A stretch of 64,000 bases of DNA from Glaucostegus cemiculus (GCA_976551045.1 CDPCPM010000106.1:20894001-20958000); one strand, 5' to 3'; numbered from the stretch's first letter, positions 12,835-26,377 are shown. Numbers and translations: made by a program. Notes: generated by a model from the sequence alone, not told the origin.

Positions 12835-13105
12835 AGAATCATCCAGTACCAAAGGAGGCTTTGCCTCCCATTGTACTAATGCCAGCTGAAAGAGCCATGG
12901 AATTAAGACCCACACCCTTGTTCTTTCCCCTTGGTGCTCAAAATTTTCCTTTTCCAAGTATGTATCCAATTCCCTTTTGAATGTTACTGTTGAATCTGCT
13001 TCCACAGCTCCTTCCAACACTGCATTCCAGATCATAACAACTTGCTGTGTGTAAAAAAAATTCTCTACATAACCCTGCTGGTATTTTCACTATTCACCTT
13101 AAGTA
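12835..13105 (-). mobile_element. Old CR1-type LINE 3' end
   Basis: Peptide IWNAVLEGAVEADSTVTFKRELDTYL (CR1 C-terminal WN.LP..VVEA..FK..LD motif). Confidence 0.75.
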
Positions 13106-13689
13106 CTTTATTGGAAAGTATAATGTTTTTCAAATTTGTAATCTTGAAAATAATACTTTCTGTGAAGTCTGCCTTGCTCAGAAAGTAATTTGAAATCCTT
13201 TGAATTGCAAATTATATTCCTAATTACAAGTAATTAATTTAATATATATTTCATGTATCTGTTTCTCACTTTAATCATGAACTAATTTGAAATATCTTTC
13301 TCTTGCTTTGAAATGGTGCTTCCATCATGAATGTGCTCCTGACTCACCCTCTTGTGCTGTTCTTAGTTAATAGTCATTGGATCTTTCAGATAGTGACTTC
13401 TGCTATTAGACTATGGTGAATATCAGAAGGTCATGGGAGAAGAATCAAAAAAAACAAAGCACCTAGGTCCAGCACCATCCAAGTCCCACAAATAATGGCT
13501 CAACCAGTGCAAAATTTGTGAGGCCAATTGGTCAGAGTGGAATGGTGTCATACAACCTGCTTTTCTTCCCAGAGGATTTGACTTTTGGCGGGAAATGGTT
13601 CCAAGAACTGAAATATTTATCAAACCATTCTTCAGGTAACTGCAGATATGGTGTGTAGGCCCCGTCAACTACTTCTATTTTCACTTCAC

Positions 13690-14850
13690 AGTGTAGGCAT
13701 CAGTAGGAAGGACAGGATTTATTGCATCCCTAATTATCACAATGTTGATTGAAGAGCAAGCTCACAGAGAACCCAAATGCAGCACACTGGTACAAGACTG
13801 GGGTCAGGATACTTCCTCAGGACCAAACACAGGCAGCAACTGGAAGGAATCTTGCCTCAGAGATCTGAGTAGTAATCCCAACACAAACTGAAACTTCAAG
13901 CAGGAATAGAGAACACAGGACTACTCTAGAGTAGCCCACTCTGAGCAGCTAGGAGCCAAAGACTGACCAATCCTCTGGCAACTAGTGCTAGAGAAACCCA
14001 GGTACTTATGCTAGGCCCCTGATGGGGCTCAGGTGTGTGTCATTGTGCAATCAGTCCAGCATGGAATCCATGTGCTGTACAACAAGGCATCTAAGGAGCC
14101 AATTCAAGGGCTAGTACTCAGAATCATGACGCTAATTGCCCTTGAAGAAGTGATGTTGATCTGCCTTCCTGAGTCCTGGTGGTGGCAGCATTCCCCAGTG
14201 CTGGCAAGGAGCTCCACAATTTAGATTCAATGACTACTGAGAAGTGGCAGTACTGACTCCAAGTCAGGATAGTGTATGAAACAGATGGGTGCGGGTCTAC
14301 CATTGTACTTGTGCCCTTGTTTTACCAGGTGGTAGAAGTCATGAATTTGGTTGGTGGTTTTGAAGAAGCTTTGATGAGTTGTTGTGAATATTGTAGAGTG
14401 GTGGACACTGCAGTCATGGAGTGGAGAAAGGAATGAATCCTTAGGATGGTGGATTGAGCGCCAATTAAGAAATATGTTTTGTCCTTGATGGAACCCAAAT
14501 GAGTTTCTGATCAATAGGTCCCTCAGGATATGGACAATGTGATATCTGGCAATAGGAATAATGTTGAGTATCAATGGGAGATTGTTTGACGTTCTTGCTG
14601 GAATGGTAATATCCTGTCACTGGTGTAGATCAACTACTGCGTGCCTTTTATCAGTCCATGCCTTGCTCGATGAAAACATAGGTTGCTTCAGTAATTGAGG
14701 AATAATGAATGAATCAGAATGAGGTTTATTATCACTGACATACGTCGTGAAATTTGTGGTTTGAAATTTGTTGAATGGAACTGAACATTGAGCAGTCATT
14801 GACAAACATTTCCATTTCTGAACTCACATTGGTGGATGGCAGGAGATCGT
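13690..14850 (-). mobile_element. Old CR1-superfamily LINE relic interrupted by a solo LTR
   Basis: 3' end ATTTATTGCATCCCTAAT/TGCCCTTGAAGAAG matches the reverse complement of the family 3' end at about 23560-23640; heavily decayed internal sequence follows. Confidence 0.6.
13735..14131 (-). mobile_element. Solo LTR (397 bp) with 5-bp target-site duplication
   Basis: CTAAT at 13730-13734 and 14132-14136 flanks the insert. Termini TATCACAAT...ATCATGACG look like decayed TGTCACGAT...ATCGTGACA. Removing the insert restores the host LINE sequence CCCTAATTGCCCTTGA. Confidence 0.7.
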
Positions 14851-16014
14851 GGATGAAGAGAAGGAAGAACCACTGTGGTCAAGTTTGACTTGGTTTTCCC
14901 CCCGACCCCCACCATGACCCATATAACTGGTTATTGATCAGAACACACAACTTATCTGATGATTCATTCCCCCCCCACCCCCCTCCCCCCCCAGCCTGGG
15001 AGATGAAGGGCAGTTGTGTAGAAAACCTAACAAGTCTTTGTACATACAAAATCAGTTCAGAAGCTCAAAAAGCCCTTTTCCAATTAATTAGCAGTGCCAG
15101 AACTGTACTAGGCTGTTTAAAGGACCAGTTAATCAACTTTATTTAATGAATACACACATACAAGCAGAACTGAAAAGCACGAAGCTGCCCTTGAATTACT
15201 CCTTGGGATTGGAGGAAAATGACTGACATGGTTAATGAAGATCGTGGGTGCAGAGGAATTTGGCGAACATCCAGACTGAATACAGGAAGCTGCTGGAATA
15301 TACAAAGGACACTTCACATTCTGCTGCAGGTCTTAAGTACCATTTTCCCGTCAACACACTGCCCTGATACATTCCGATTTTATTCTCCAAACCAAAGGAA
15401 TTTAAGCTCTGTTTGCAGCTTTATATTGAAAGAAATGTGTTGGCAAGCTTATGGCTGCTTGAAGTGTGCATGCTGTATTTTTTGATAAAGTGCAGACTGA
15501 AGCCTTCAAGGGTTCCTAACGGGTGTAGATGTTTCACTTTTTACTTTTCAAAATATTTGTGGGAACAGAAAATGCGATGAAAGTAAAGAACGGAAAACAC
15601 TCAACCTTAAAGCTCAAACAGTCTGCCCTGTGCAATTAGAAGCTGAAATAATGTCTACAAAATTGTGCCAATGTTCATTCAGTATTAAGATGTACTCTTC
15701 TATTTTGCACCCGAATTATCTTTCTTCTGCTTCTGACAGTCCAAGAGAATATACCTCAACTGTACCACTGCTACTGTGACCAGTTAGGAATAAATGATTG
15801 TTTCTGTTTCCTGAGGTGGGTAACAGCATTAAGTCAGGATAGAAGCTATGCTCACCATGTCCTTCCACATTATGTACACTGTGCACAATGTTCAGTGCAC
15901 TTCTTGATCAGAAAAAAACAGGTGAATTTGTATTTAAGAGTCTATTGAACCAATGTGTTGATCTGTTCCATTTTTAGTGGGGCAGGGGAGAGGGAGAGCT
16001 GGCTACCATCTGAC

Positions 16015-16146
16015 CTGGCTACCAACTTCCTAACCTGTGCATCTTTGGTATATGGGAGGAAATCGGAGACCCTGAGGAAACCCATGCTGTCACGGGGAGA
16101 ACATACAAACTCCTTACAGATAGTGGCCAGAATTGAACCCGGGTCA
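16015..16146 (-). mobile_element. V-SINE fragment (family of 9012-9309)
   Basis: CAACTTCCTAACCTGT..GGGAGGAAATCGGAG..CAAACTCCTTACAGATAGTGGCCAGAATTGAACCCGGGTC. Confidence 0.8.
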
Positions 16147-19100
16147 ATAAATAAACACACTGGTTATGGGATCAGAATGAGTGAAATCCTGTTATTTAGA
16201 ATCCTGTTCTGCATTAGAATTGGTTTGATGGCCAAGCTAATTCCTTATTCTTAAGGTGGAGGCAAATCAATGGCAGCAGGATATTTATCACATGACAAAT
16301 CAGAACCAATGCCAGGTTCCCCACCTCTTGACATATACACAAGTGTCTCTGATTGCTGATGTGGACACTGGTTGTCCTCTACTTTACCTGAAGATGCTCA
16401 GCTCCACCTGGTGCAGGAAGCTGTGTTTACTAACTACATTCCACTGAACCAATTGTCAGGGAATTTTTTTCCTATAAAATTTAAAGAACCAAATAGGTGA
16501 AAAGAGTGATTCTGAATCACAATTCCAATTTAATTTATTTTTACCCTCTTCTCCCCTGTGGTAAATATTTATTTGAGGTACCAAATTCAATCCATGCCTG
16601 ATACATCACACTAAAGTTTTATCTACAGTGAGATTTCTCTGAGAAATGAAAAAATACTGCAAGATTAAAATAATTGAATTTTTACTACCACTAAGTTTGG
16701 GATCCTCTTTGTCAGTCATTGGAAAGCAGAGTTGTTTCCCCTCAGTTCATGATGAAAAGAGGTGAAAAGACAATATTCAACACAACCCTTGCTCTGCATA
16801 AGTGATGGTAATAATATTTATGTGACGGTTATCTCCACCACTCATCATGAATTGTTTCAGACTATCTCGTTAAAAGGAAAGGCACAGTGGTTCCAAACAA
16901 GTGCCCCAAACCACCCAGATTAGGGCATTTAATGACGCTGAAGTAAATCTTCCACACCACAAAATAAACAGAAACAATGTTTTTTTACACTAAGGTTTGT
17001 GGCAGGTTTTGTAAACTAGTTTAATAATATAAGGAAATAAATCAAAGATCTAACAAAACCTTTGAAAATCTCAATAATTCTTATGTAATCCCAGGGTTTA
17101 AAAATTATGAATCCTACAAGACATGTTGCTGGGTTGTAGAATGTCTGTTGACTAGCTTGTCGTTAAACTGATGATGTTATTGACAGAATCCACTTGGCTG
17201 AGACTGAAGTTCGATGCTGGGGCTTTATCAGGAAAAGGCCTGTAAGGAATGGAAGAGTAACATACTTACCTGTAATCACATGGGCATTGGGTCAGCAGCC
17301 TACGGTGCTCCCTTTAAGAACACGTTTGCTGATTCATGTTTGGTCATGATGTGATAAAGGAAGAATTGTAGCAAAGCAACCAACTTCAAAACACTATAGG
17401 TAGACCTCACTCTGCATGCTACACCACTAGAATCTGCAGTTGCACATTACACTATCAGTGTGGGTCAGCCTACAAAGAGGAGACAGAGGCATAAATTGAA
17501 TGAACAAGAATGAAGGATAAGTCCTGGGCTAACTCAACAGATCATTATGACTAACTTCCATGGATTCTGTTCCACCCTATGAGCAGAAGTCTCACACGTA
17601 ATCTGACAGTTTGGCACAATGAATGTTGTTAATCAATGAAGTGGACATTTATCTTATGATGATAAAATCATGATAAGAGAATATTATCTCCTATAAGCTG
17701 TCAGATGGGTAACTAATGTACTTGTATTTGAGCTCAATGATGAAGGAACTTATCACTGGCCTCAAAGAAATCACCCCACAAAGTTCTAGGAATCTCTGTG
17801 GTCAGAACTTGCTCTTACACATACCACTGTCATGCATGAGTTCAGAGAGATCGTAGTTACCCAGCAACTGTGATGTCATCAAGATGGCTGAGCAGGCAAA
17901 TTACGTTAAAGAACTTCCACAAACAGAATGCTCAGATCCAAAATGCAAACTATTTTATTAACTTCTTAAATATTGGAGATAAACATTTTAACATGGACAT
18001 AGGATTAAGTAGATTCTGAAATATCACCAATAAGTTTTATAAAAATATCCTATATTTTTAAAAATGTTAATGTGGGAATATTATAATACTACATAAAGTG
18101 AGTTTGTTTTAGGATCAGATTGCATGCTACATTGTATTGAATGGCCAGCGTAACATTTTTAGGGGATTTTAAAGCAGAAATAGCTCATAAATAGTTGAGA
18201 TTTATATCAATTCTAATATGTCGTTTATAGTGGAGAGAGTTGCAAACCGGGGTAGCCTGTATAAAGATGCATTGGGTCTTTGACATCATCTTTGAAAATT
18301 CAGCATTAAAGTATGTGCGTGCAAAAATCTGAAAGCTGGCATCAGTGTTATATGAGTAGTATTGTCTTTATTACTCCTGCAAAATCTAACCAGAGTAAGA
18401 ATTGTAACTTTTAAATATGACAGATATTTAAGTTTGATGCCAAAAGTGTTTGGGTGAGTTTACATTTGAAATGTATTTTACTGGATGACAGGAGAGGAAG
18501 AGGTACCTATCCAACCCAGCAACATTTCATTCCCCTTCCAGAACAGACTGTTTTAATCAGTAAACATGAAAATAAAAATAAACTTCCAATATATAATGAG
18601 GTGGGCATCCTTACTATTGGGAGATTTTTCACTCAGTACTTCCATTTATATTTTAAGACCATAATCAGGATTTTTAACATATTTTTTGAACCAGAGCCTG
18701 GAAATTGCTTTAATGATATTAGCAGATGAACGTATAAAGCATTCTCATGTCATTTTTCAGACTGGTCTTTTAGTAGGGCTGTTGACCCATTTAAAATTAG
18801 CAGGTTAATGGCTGCATTAAAATAGTGAAATGTCATGTGTCAAGTGTTCACATGCTAATATGTGATTCCCAAGCTATCGCGGTTCGGGACTCAGCTGCGT
18901 GAACATAGTCATCCCGAGAAAAGAGGAAGAAGAAAATCAGGTGGTTATTAATTGGAAGGGTAATTCACAAATGCTGGACAAAATTCAACCTCATTTCCAA
19001 GACTTTCCCCAGAAAAGCTCCTGCTAATGTCCCAGTGTGACTGTTCTGAAGGTGAATCAGGAGTACTGTATATATGTGTATACAGGGTTTATGCCGCAGT

Positions 19101-19420
19101 GGATGGATTTGTTTTCAATATCTCAGGCCCCTTTTTAGCGTTGTCTGGATGAGTGAAAGTTAGGAAGAGGGAACCGTTTCTTAGAATGGATTAGATCTTG
19201 TTAGATTTAAAGTTTAAAGGTTGGTGGTTACTGACCCACAGACAGTAATTAGGACTGGGTAATCTGGGTGATTTTTCACCTTCCTAGCACAGAGTAATTG
19301 AGGACAATTAGCAGTACAGTAAATCCAGGGAAAGATGGTTTGATAACACCAATAATCAATGGTGGTTTTGGTAATTTTATTATCAGAAAGGTCACAAAAG
19401 CAATAGAAAATATTCAGGAT

Positions 19421-19478
19421 GGTATTGGTATTGGTTTATTATTATCACTTGTACCGAGGTACAGTGAAAAGCTTGTCT
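19421..19478 (-). mobile_element. Extremely 5'-truncated Rex1-type LINE tail (about 58 bp)
   Basis: Reverse complement AGACAAGCTTTTCACTGTACCTCGGTACAAGTGATAATAATAAACCAATACCAATACC matches 22693-22750. Confidence 0.85.
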
Positions 19479-21334
19479 CACCGTGATAAATGGGAGATAC
19501 AAGGATGCATCAGGTTTAAATTACAAGGTTACAGGAACAATGGAAAAATATAGGTCATAAAAATCACAACTTTTGAGGTATTTAGATAGAGAGGATGTAA
19601 AGAGGATCTAAGTCAACAGAGAAGAGTTGGAGACTGATTACACACAAATGGAAACCTTTTCATCAACAGATCTGAGGGAGTGATCACAAACTGCAGCAGG
19701 TAAGTCCTTGATGTGTGTGATCAATAAGACAAACTCATTGCTGGAGGATGTAGAACAATGGCACCTTTCTTTATTGCCACATTCAAGATGTTGAGAACTA
19801 AGCAAAACATTAAAGAGGAAATACACACAGAAGTCATGAGTAGATCTGTACTAACATAATGACTACGCCACAGTGTAGACACTTCACACTTTGCACAGTT
19901 AGTGTCTTTTAGTGCTTCAAATATGGATGCCGTGGCTAAATTCATCAAGAGTAATAATTTCTTGATTCTTTAAGGAATTACAAGAAGAGTTATGAATAAC
20001 TTAATGAGCCCATTGAATTGAATAGCCTTTTCCCGTTGTGAAATTCTTTAATCGTTAACAATAAAAGTGAGGGGAACAGTTAGCTTCTGCAAGGAAATAG
20101 ACTAAATTCACCAACCAGACGGAGCACAACATTGCACTCAATGGAGTGGGAAATGCACTGCCTTTGGGTACGTAATATGCATAAAATCTTGCAACTGTTT
20201 TGATAATTTAACAACAGTGTTTAACGAAACACTGCATTTCTAAGGGTTCATGTCGTCTATTAATGTGTCAGAATCCATTCTTCTTAAAGTCCTTCGAGTT
20301 GCCAAAAGCTGGTCTGGCAGGGATTACTTTGCTGGGGAATTCTGACATCATGCTGCTGTTACATCTGTATATAAACAGTTTATTTGTGTGTTTTTTAACC
20401 ACTGAAATTATTCTGAGACCTGGCCTCTGAAATCCACAGTCTGTTATCTGCCATTTGGACCTGATGGGCCATTGATGAGCTCCATCATTACCTTTGCTAT
20501 TCAATATTTTTAGCATCTCTTCAAACCAGAAGGTGGTGGCAAAGATGACATAGGAATGTTCCTTAGTTACATACGGACATACACAGAGTCTGAAGGAAGC
20601 AACATTACATTTTAAACTGACTAGACCACCTGTTTATTATTATATCACCAGATGTCAAACATGTTTCTCTTCATCTGTTGGAATTGTGATTGGTGAAAAT
20701 AGTTACAAAATTTGTTTGCTTAATATTACTAGTTTAAGAATTGTGCTGCTGTGTTTTATGATTGGATGATTATTGTATTAAATTGATTTAAATCTACAGT
20801 ATCCAGAGTATGATAACTTTAGATAATCACAGCCATTTGGAGAGCACAAGTAAATCAAATTTAATGGAATATAAACATTGTTGTAGTCCTTATTTGGGTT
20901 GGAGCTAATTTAATTTTACATGGCGCATTCATGTAAAGTAAGCATTATTATAGTTAGTGAATGTAGTACAAATGAATTATTCACAAAATGGTAACGACTT
21001 TGATTATTGAAATATATTGATGTGACAACCTATACATATTTATTTTTGAATAATTTAGGAAGTGTCATTTCATATATCTTAGAGAATAATTATTCTAATA
21101 AATCTTAGTATAATAAGTAATGTGTTATAGCAAACACTTGCACATATGGATTTTGCCACCACATCTATTGCTGACTATTTCATTCTTGAGCAGAAATCCA
21201 AAGGGAAATATATAAGATAATACAATTGAACCAATTTGTTGGATAAGGTTGGGAAATGATAAGTACCAAATAAGGATAAATGATCAGAAATTCTGGAGGT
21301 TCTTTATATTCTATTAGAGATTATTTACTTAGCT

Positions 21335-21455
21335 CTCCCGGTAGCGCAGTGGGTAAACTCATTGAATAACATGGCTCTGAGCCATTATCAAGTAACAAGG
21401 TCCCAGATTCAATCTCTAGTCTTGCTGTGTTGGCTGATTGCAGTGCTGGTAGGGG
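21335..21455 (+). mobile_element. Old tRNA-headed SINE fragment
   Basis: GGTAGCGCAGTGGGTAA A-box-like, GGTCCCAGATTCAATCTC B-box-like; related reverse copy at 63155-63252. Confidence 0.45.
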
Positions 21456-21944
21456 TACCACAATTACTCTCTGTTAAGCATGCTGCAATTATTTACGGCC
21501 AAGGTAGAATTAATTTAGGCACATTTGACTAGGAGTTGGATATTTTGCCCCTTGAAGCTGATCCATGATTCAGTTAGATTGGGGTTGACCTGCACCTTAA
21601 CTCCAGTTACATCCACACTCAAATGAGGGCAGATGTTACAAATATGCTCACAGAAACACTGAAATTACTTGTATTCATTGCAGGAAGTACAGGCAGTCAC
21701 TGGGTTATGTAAGGGCTCCGTTCCTGAGAACTGTCCATAAGCCCATCTTTCCGTAAGTCAAGACGTCCATTTTCTACACTAACCCACATCATATTGCACT
21801 ATATACATTTGCTATAATCCTTTAAATTCCTCAAATATTCACTCTAACACTACCCAGAATTAAACTAATGAAATATACTGTATATTGTATTCAGTTGTTA
21901 ATGAATACCACAAAACACTTTCTCCTTCTTCTTATTATTATTAT

Positions 21945-22755
21945 AAAGAGCAGGTCATTGACTTCAGGAAAGGGGGTGGTGTACATGCACCTGTCTACAT
22001 CAGTGGTGCTGAGGTAGAGAGGGTTGAGAGCTTCAAGTTCCTGGGTGTGAACATCACCAACGGCCTGTCCTGGTCAAATAACGTAGATGCCACAGCCAAG
22101 AAAGCTCACCAGTGCCTCTACTTCCTCAGGAGGCTAAAGAGATTTGGTTTGTCCCCTTTAACTCTCACCAACTTTTACCAATGCACCATAGAAAGCATCC
22201 TATCTAGATACATTGTGGCTTGGTACAGCAATTGCTCTGCCCAGGACCACAAGAAGCTGCAGAGAGTTGTGGACGCAACCCAGCACATCACGGACACCAG
22301 CCTCCCCTCCTTGGACACTGTCTTTACCTCTTGTTGTCTTGGTGTAGCAGCCAACATAATCAAAGACCCCACCCACCCGGGACATTGTACCTTCTCTCCT
22401 CTTCCTTTGGGTAGAAGCTACAGGAGCCTGAGGGCACGCACCACCAGACTTAAGGACAGCTTCTACCCCACTGTAATAAGACTATTGAATGGTTCCCTCA
22501 TACGATGAGATGAACTATGACCTCACGATCTACCTTGTTGTGACCTCGCACCTTATTGCACTGCACTTTCTCTGTAGCTGTGACACTTTACTCTATACTG
22601 TTATTGTTTTTACCTGTACTACATCAATGGACTCTATACTAACTCAATGTAACTGCACTGTGTAATGAATTGACCTGTTTGATTGGTTTGTAAGACAAGC
22701 TTTTCACTGTACCTCGGTACGAGTGACAATAATAAACCAATACCAAATACCAATA
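21945..22755 (+). mobile_element. Rex1/Babar-type LINE, 5'-truncated, RT C-terminal/thumb region plus 3' UTR
   Basis: Open frame KEQVIDFRK..VERVESFKFLGVNIT..LSWS..KKAHQCLYFLRRLKRFG..LTNFYQCTIESIL..WY..TTRLKDSFYP; tail stem-loop and (CCAATA)n repeats. Confidence 0.9.
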
Positions 22756-23399
22756 TTACTACTACTACTACTAACTTGAAAAATTCTTTAAAAATTTATT
22801 GGAGAATTTGCATAAAGTTGGATTTCCGTAAGTCAGGTCTTCCATAATCTGGGGACCCCATGTACTACAGACAAGAACAATAGCTATTCTCAGCTGAAGG
22901 GGAGAACTCTATGTATGCTCAGTGAAGTATGTTTTAATTGCTCTCAGATAGGTGCAGGTGATACTGGTATTCCCAGTTAATTTTATTGAATTATCCTATG
23001 TACCCTGATGAAAGGGTATGTGCATGACTGTTGGGTGAGGAAATGACTGTGATATGCTGTGATGGCTTACATTCAAGTGTCTTTATGATACACAACTGTT
23101 ACAATGGCCATGTTGGCACTCTACCAGACAGTTCTGGTTGAGTAATGTTCCATACATTGCCGAGGAGAGGAGATATTTCAACCATTATCCAACACTACCT
23201 TTGTATATTCTCCGCTAGTTTATTTACCACCATGATTTCAAATTCCAATTTCAGACAATCTTCCGTCTCAATGTCCACTTATCCAGCTGTCCACACATCC
23301 ACACCCTCCACAGACTGTTCCAACTCTTATTTGCACTGCAGCAACTTGACAATTTTTCTTTGACAACTCCTTCTAGATGCACGGTTTCCAGTACTCAGA

Positions 23400-25012
23400 T
23401 AGGTAGGAATCTCATGTGCTTGGCAGCACCATCACATCCAGGTTCTTTTCCAAATCATTTGAATAGGTTTTGCAGTTCTCTTACTATCCGTGGGTTAAAA
23501 ATCTTGAACACTAACAGCATTGTGAGAGTACCTTCACCACATAAACCATAGAGGTTTATCGAGAAGGCTCACTACTTCCTTCTGAAGGGCAGTTTGATAT
23601 AACATTAAGTGATGGTCTTGCCAGTGATGCCCACATTCCTCGGGTTATAACAAAAATGGGCTTTCGACCAAGACATTAAATAGCTTAGCCAGTGTTTAAT
23701 CACATGGTCGGCCTACACATGACTCCAAAGGTTGAACCTTAAATGTTCCTCTGAAATAGTCAAGCAAACTACTCAATTGTACTGTAATCAGTATACTTAA
23801 GAGAAAGTCAGACCACCCAGCATCAGCCCAGGCACTGAACTCAGATATAGCAAAGTCACTCCCAGCTCAGCTGACCTTGCAAAGCCTGCCTCATAAACAT
23901 CTCAGAAATTGGGAGCCTGATACAGTCATTCTTCTGGAATCATAGCTCACAGACAATCCTTCGGCACATCCTGACCCACCAGCAGGTCAGACCCACCAGC
24001 AGTCCTGGGTCAGTGCAGTCCTGGGAGCCTTCAGCATTGACCCCATGAAGTCTCATGAATTAGCTCAAACATGGACAAGGAAACATCCTCCCAATCCCAC
24101 CTATCATTCACCCTCAGCTGACAAATCAATGCTACTCCATGTTAAACAATGTTTGGAAGTGAAACTGAAAATAGCAAAGATACAGGGAACTTCAACTCTG
24201 ATTCAATGTGGTGTGCAAAAGGGCACACTAGGAGCAGCAATAGGCATCTTCAGAATGGAGACACCAATCTGGTAATGCTACAAAGTAAGAGTACATGTAT
24301 GTACAAGGTAAGACCATGTAACATAGTGAACTGATTGAAGCTCTGCAGTCCTGACAATCTAATCATGAATGGTGGTGGACCATTACCCACATAACAGGAG
24401 AAGGTGCCACCAAGAACACTCCTATCTTCAAGAATGGAGGGCCCAGCATGTAAATGTTGAAGACTGAAGCATTCACAAACAGATTCAGCTAGAAGAGCCA
24501 AGTGATTGGTCCACCTCGCCTTTCTCCTGAGATCAAAGAAGCCAGACTTCAGCCAATTTGGTTTGTTCACTGTCTTATCAAGGGGACAACAAAGGCTGCA
24601 GCACCAGTTACTTGAATAATATTAAAATTCTGTGCTCCAAAACTAGCTGCATCTCCAGCCAACCTATTGCAGCACTGTTCAACACAAGCATCTACCCAAC
24701 AATGCAAAAAACTCAGGTATATCCTGTTCAAAGCTGCATGACATTTCTGATCTGGCTACTTACTGACAATCAGTCTACACTTGATTATCAACAAAGTGAT
24801 GGCAGGTTCCAATGACAGAGCTATTGAGTGGCACTTACGCCCTAATAACCTACTCACCAATGTCCAGTTTGGATTTTGCCAGGGCCACTCACTCCACACC
24901 TCATCACAGCCCCTATCCAAACATGGACCAAAGAGCTGAATTCTTGAGGTGAGACTAATTGCCCTTAACAACAAGGCAGCAATTATAATGTGGCATCAAA
25001 AAGTCCTGGTAA
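23400..25012 (+). mobile_element. Old CR1-superfamily LINE relics (a 3' end followed by endonuclease/RT remnants)
   Basis: 24843-25010 translates, with frameshifts, to NNLLTNVQFGFCQGHS..LITAPIQTWTKELNS..LIALN.KAA..WHQ (RT motifs QFGF and ALD.KAAFD.VWH); cut off by the CR1 at 25013. Confidence 0.7.
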
Positions 25013-25755
25013 TAGAACACAGAACACAGAACATAGAACATAGAATGGTACAACACTTGAACAGGCCCTTTGGCCCACAATGTCTGTGCTGACCATGATA
25101 CCATTTTAAACTAATCCCATCTGCCTGTACATGGTCTATCTCTCCCCATTCTCTGCCTGTACATATGCTTGTCCAAATGTCTCTTAAGCATTGCTATCAT
25201 ATCTGCTACCATCACTTCCCCTGGCAGCACGTTCCAGGCACCTATCACTCTCTGTGTAAAAAACTTGCCTCGTAAACCTCCTTTAGACTTTCCTCCTCTC
25301 ACCTTAAAGCTATGCCCTCTAGTATTTGCTACTTCCACCTTGGCAAAAAGACGAACTACCCTGACTATCTACCCTATCTTTGCCTCTCATAATCTTACAT
25401 ACTTCTATCAGGTTGCCTTTCAGCCTCCGACATTCTGGAGAAAATAGTCTAAATTTGTCCAGCCTCTCCTTATACCTAATTCTCCCTAATCCAGTCAACA
25501 TCCTGGTGTACCTCTTCTGCACCCTCTCCAAAGCCTCCATATCCTTCCCATAATGCAGCGACCTGGGCACCATACTCCAAATGTGACCTAATCAAAGTGT
25601 TATAAAGCTGCAACATGACTTGTCAAATTTTGTATTCAGTGCCCAGACTAATGAACACAAGCATGCCCAGATGTCTTCTTTACTACCTCTATCCACTTTC
25701 ATGGAGCTATGGACTTGAACTCCAACATCCCTCTGTACCTCAATGTTCCTAAAGT
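25013..25755 (-). mobile_element. CR1-type LINE 3' fragment
   Basis: Peptides KDMEALERVQKRYTRML.GL..YKERLDK..LFSPECRRLKGNLIEV and NTRGHSFKV..FFTQRVIGAWN.LP; (AGAACAC/AGAACAT)n tail at 25013-25045. Confidence 0.92.
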
Positions 25756-26377
25756 GTTGTTTCACCTCCTCGCTGCTTCACTCACTACATGTCCTTTGCT
25801 CTTTTCTACCTTGTCACTGATCTCAAAATTCCTCATGCTCTTTTGAAAAGCTCCAGACCCTCACTTTGATTAGCCCAACTAAATACCAAAAATCACTCGG
25901 ATTGGAAAGTTACTACCACAAACATTGGGTCCTATTCCTGAATGGACGGGGCCCACAGGTCCCAGGCTCCAGAATTCCACCCGAATCTTCAAAGATCCCT
26001 CTTTTCCCTCACAATGTTTATTGAAATGCATGTGTTTGAGCAAACCTTTGGTTACTTCCCCCAGCATTCCTTTCTTTAACTCAATGTCCATTTTTATAAT
26101 TATACTTCTGTTGAGGCATTTGGGACATATGTCTATCAATGATAAAGGAACTCTATCAAAGGAAGCTGTCCGTGTTGAATGGTTTTATTTTGTTGCTTTA
26201 ATATGGAATGAATCTCTTTTTAATTTGTTATTTCTGGAGCGTACATTCTTGCTTCCCACTTTATAAAGTAAAAAAAGGGTAGAAAATATATTCACTACAA
26301 TGTGAAATCTGTAAAAATTATTCTTCTGTTGTTTTCATTGGAAAGTACATACATTTTAAACTATTCTAAATTACACA

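Noticed and set aside
17262-17272. ATACTTACCTG, identical to the U1 snRNA 5' end
   Set aside because: Downstream sequence does not continue as U1; better read as a minus-strand splice donor.
21885-22508. 207-aa ORF as a host gene
   Set aside because: It is the C-terminal part of a Rex1/Babar LINE ORF, 5'-truncated, with a spurious start in flanking DNA.
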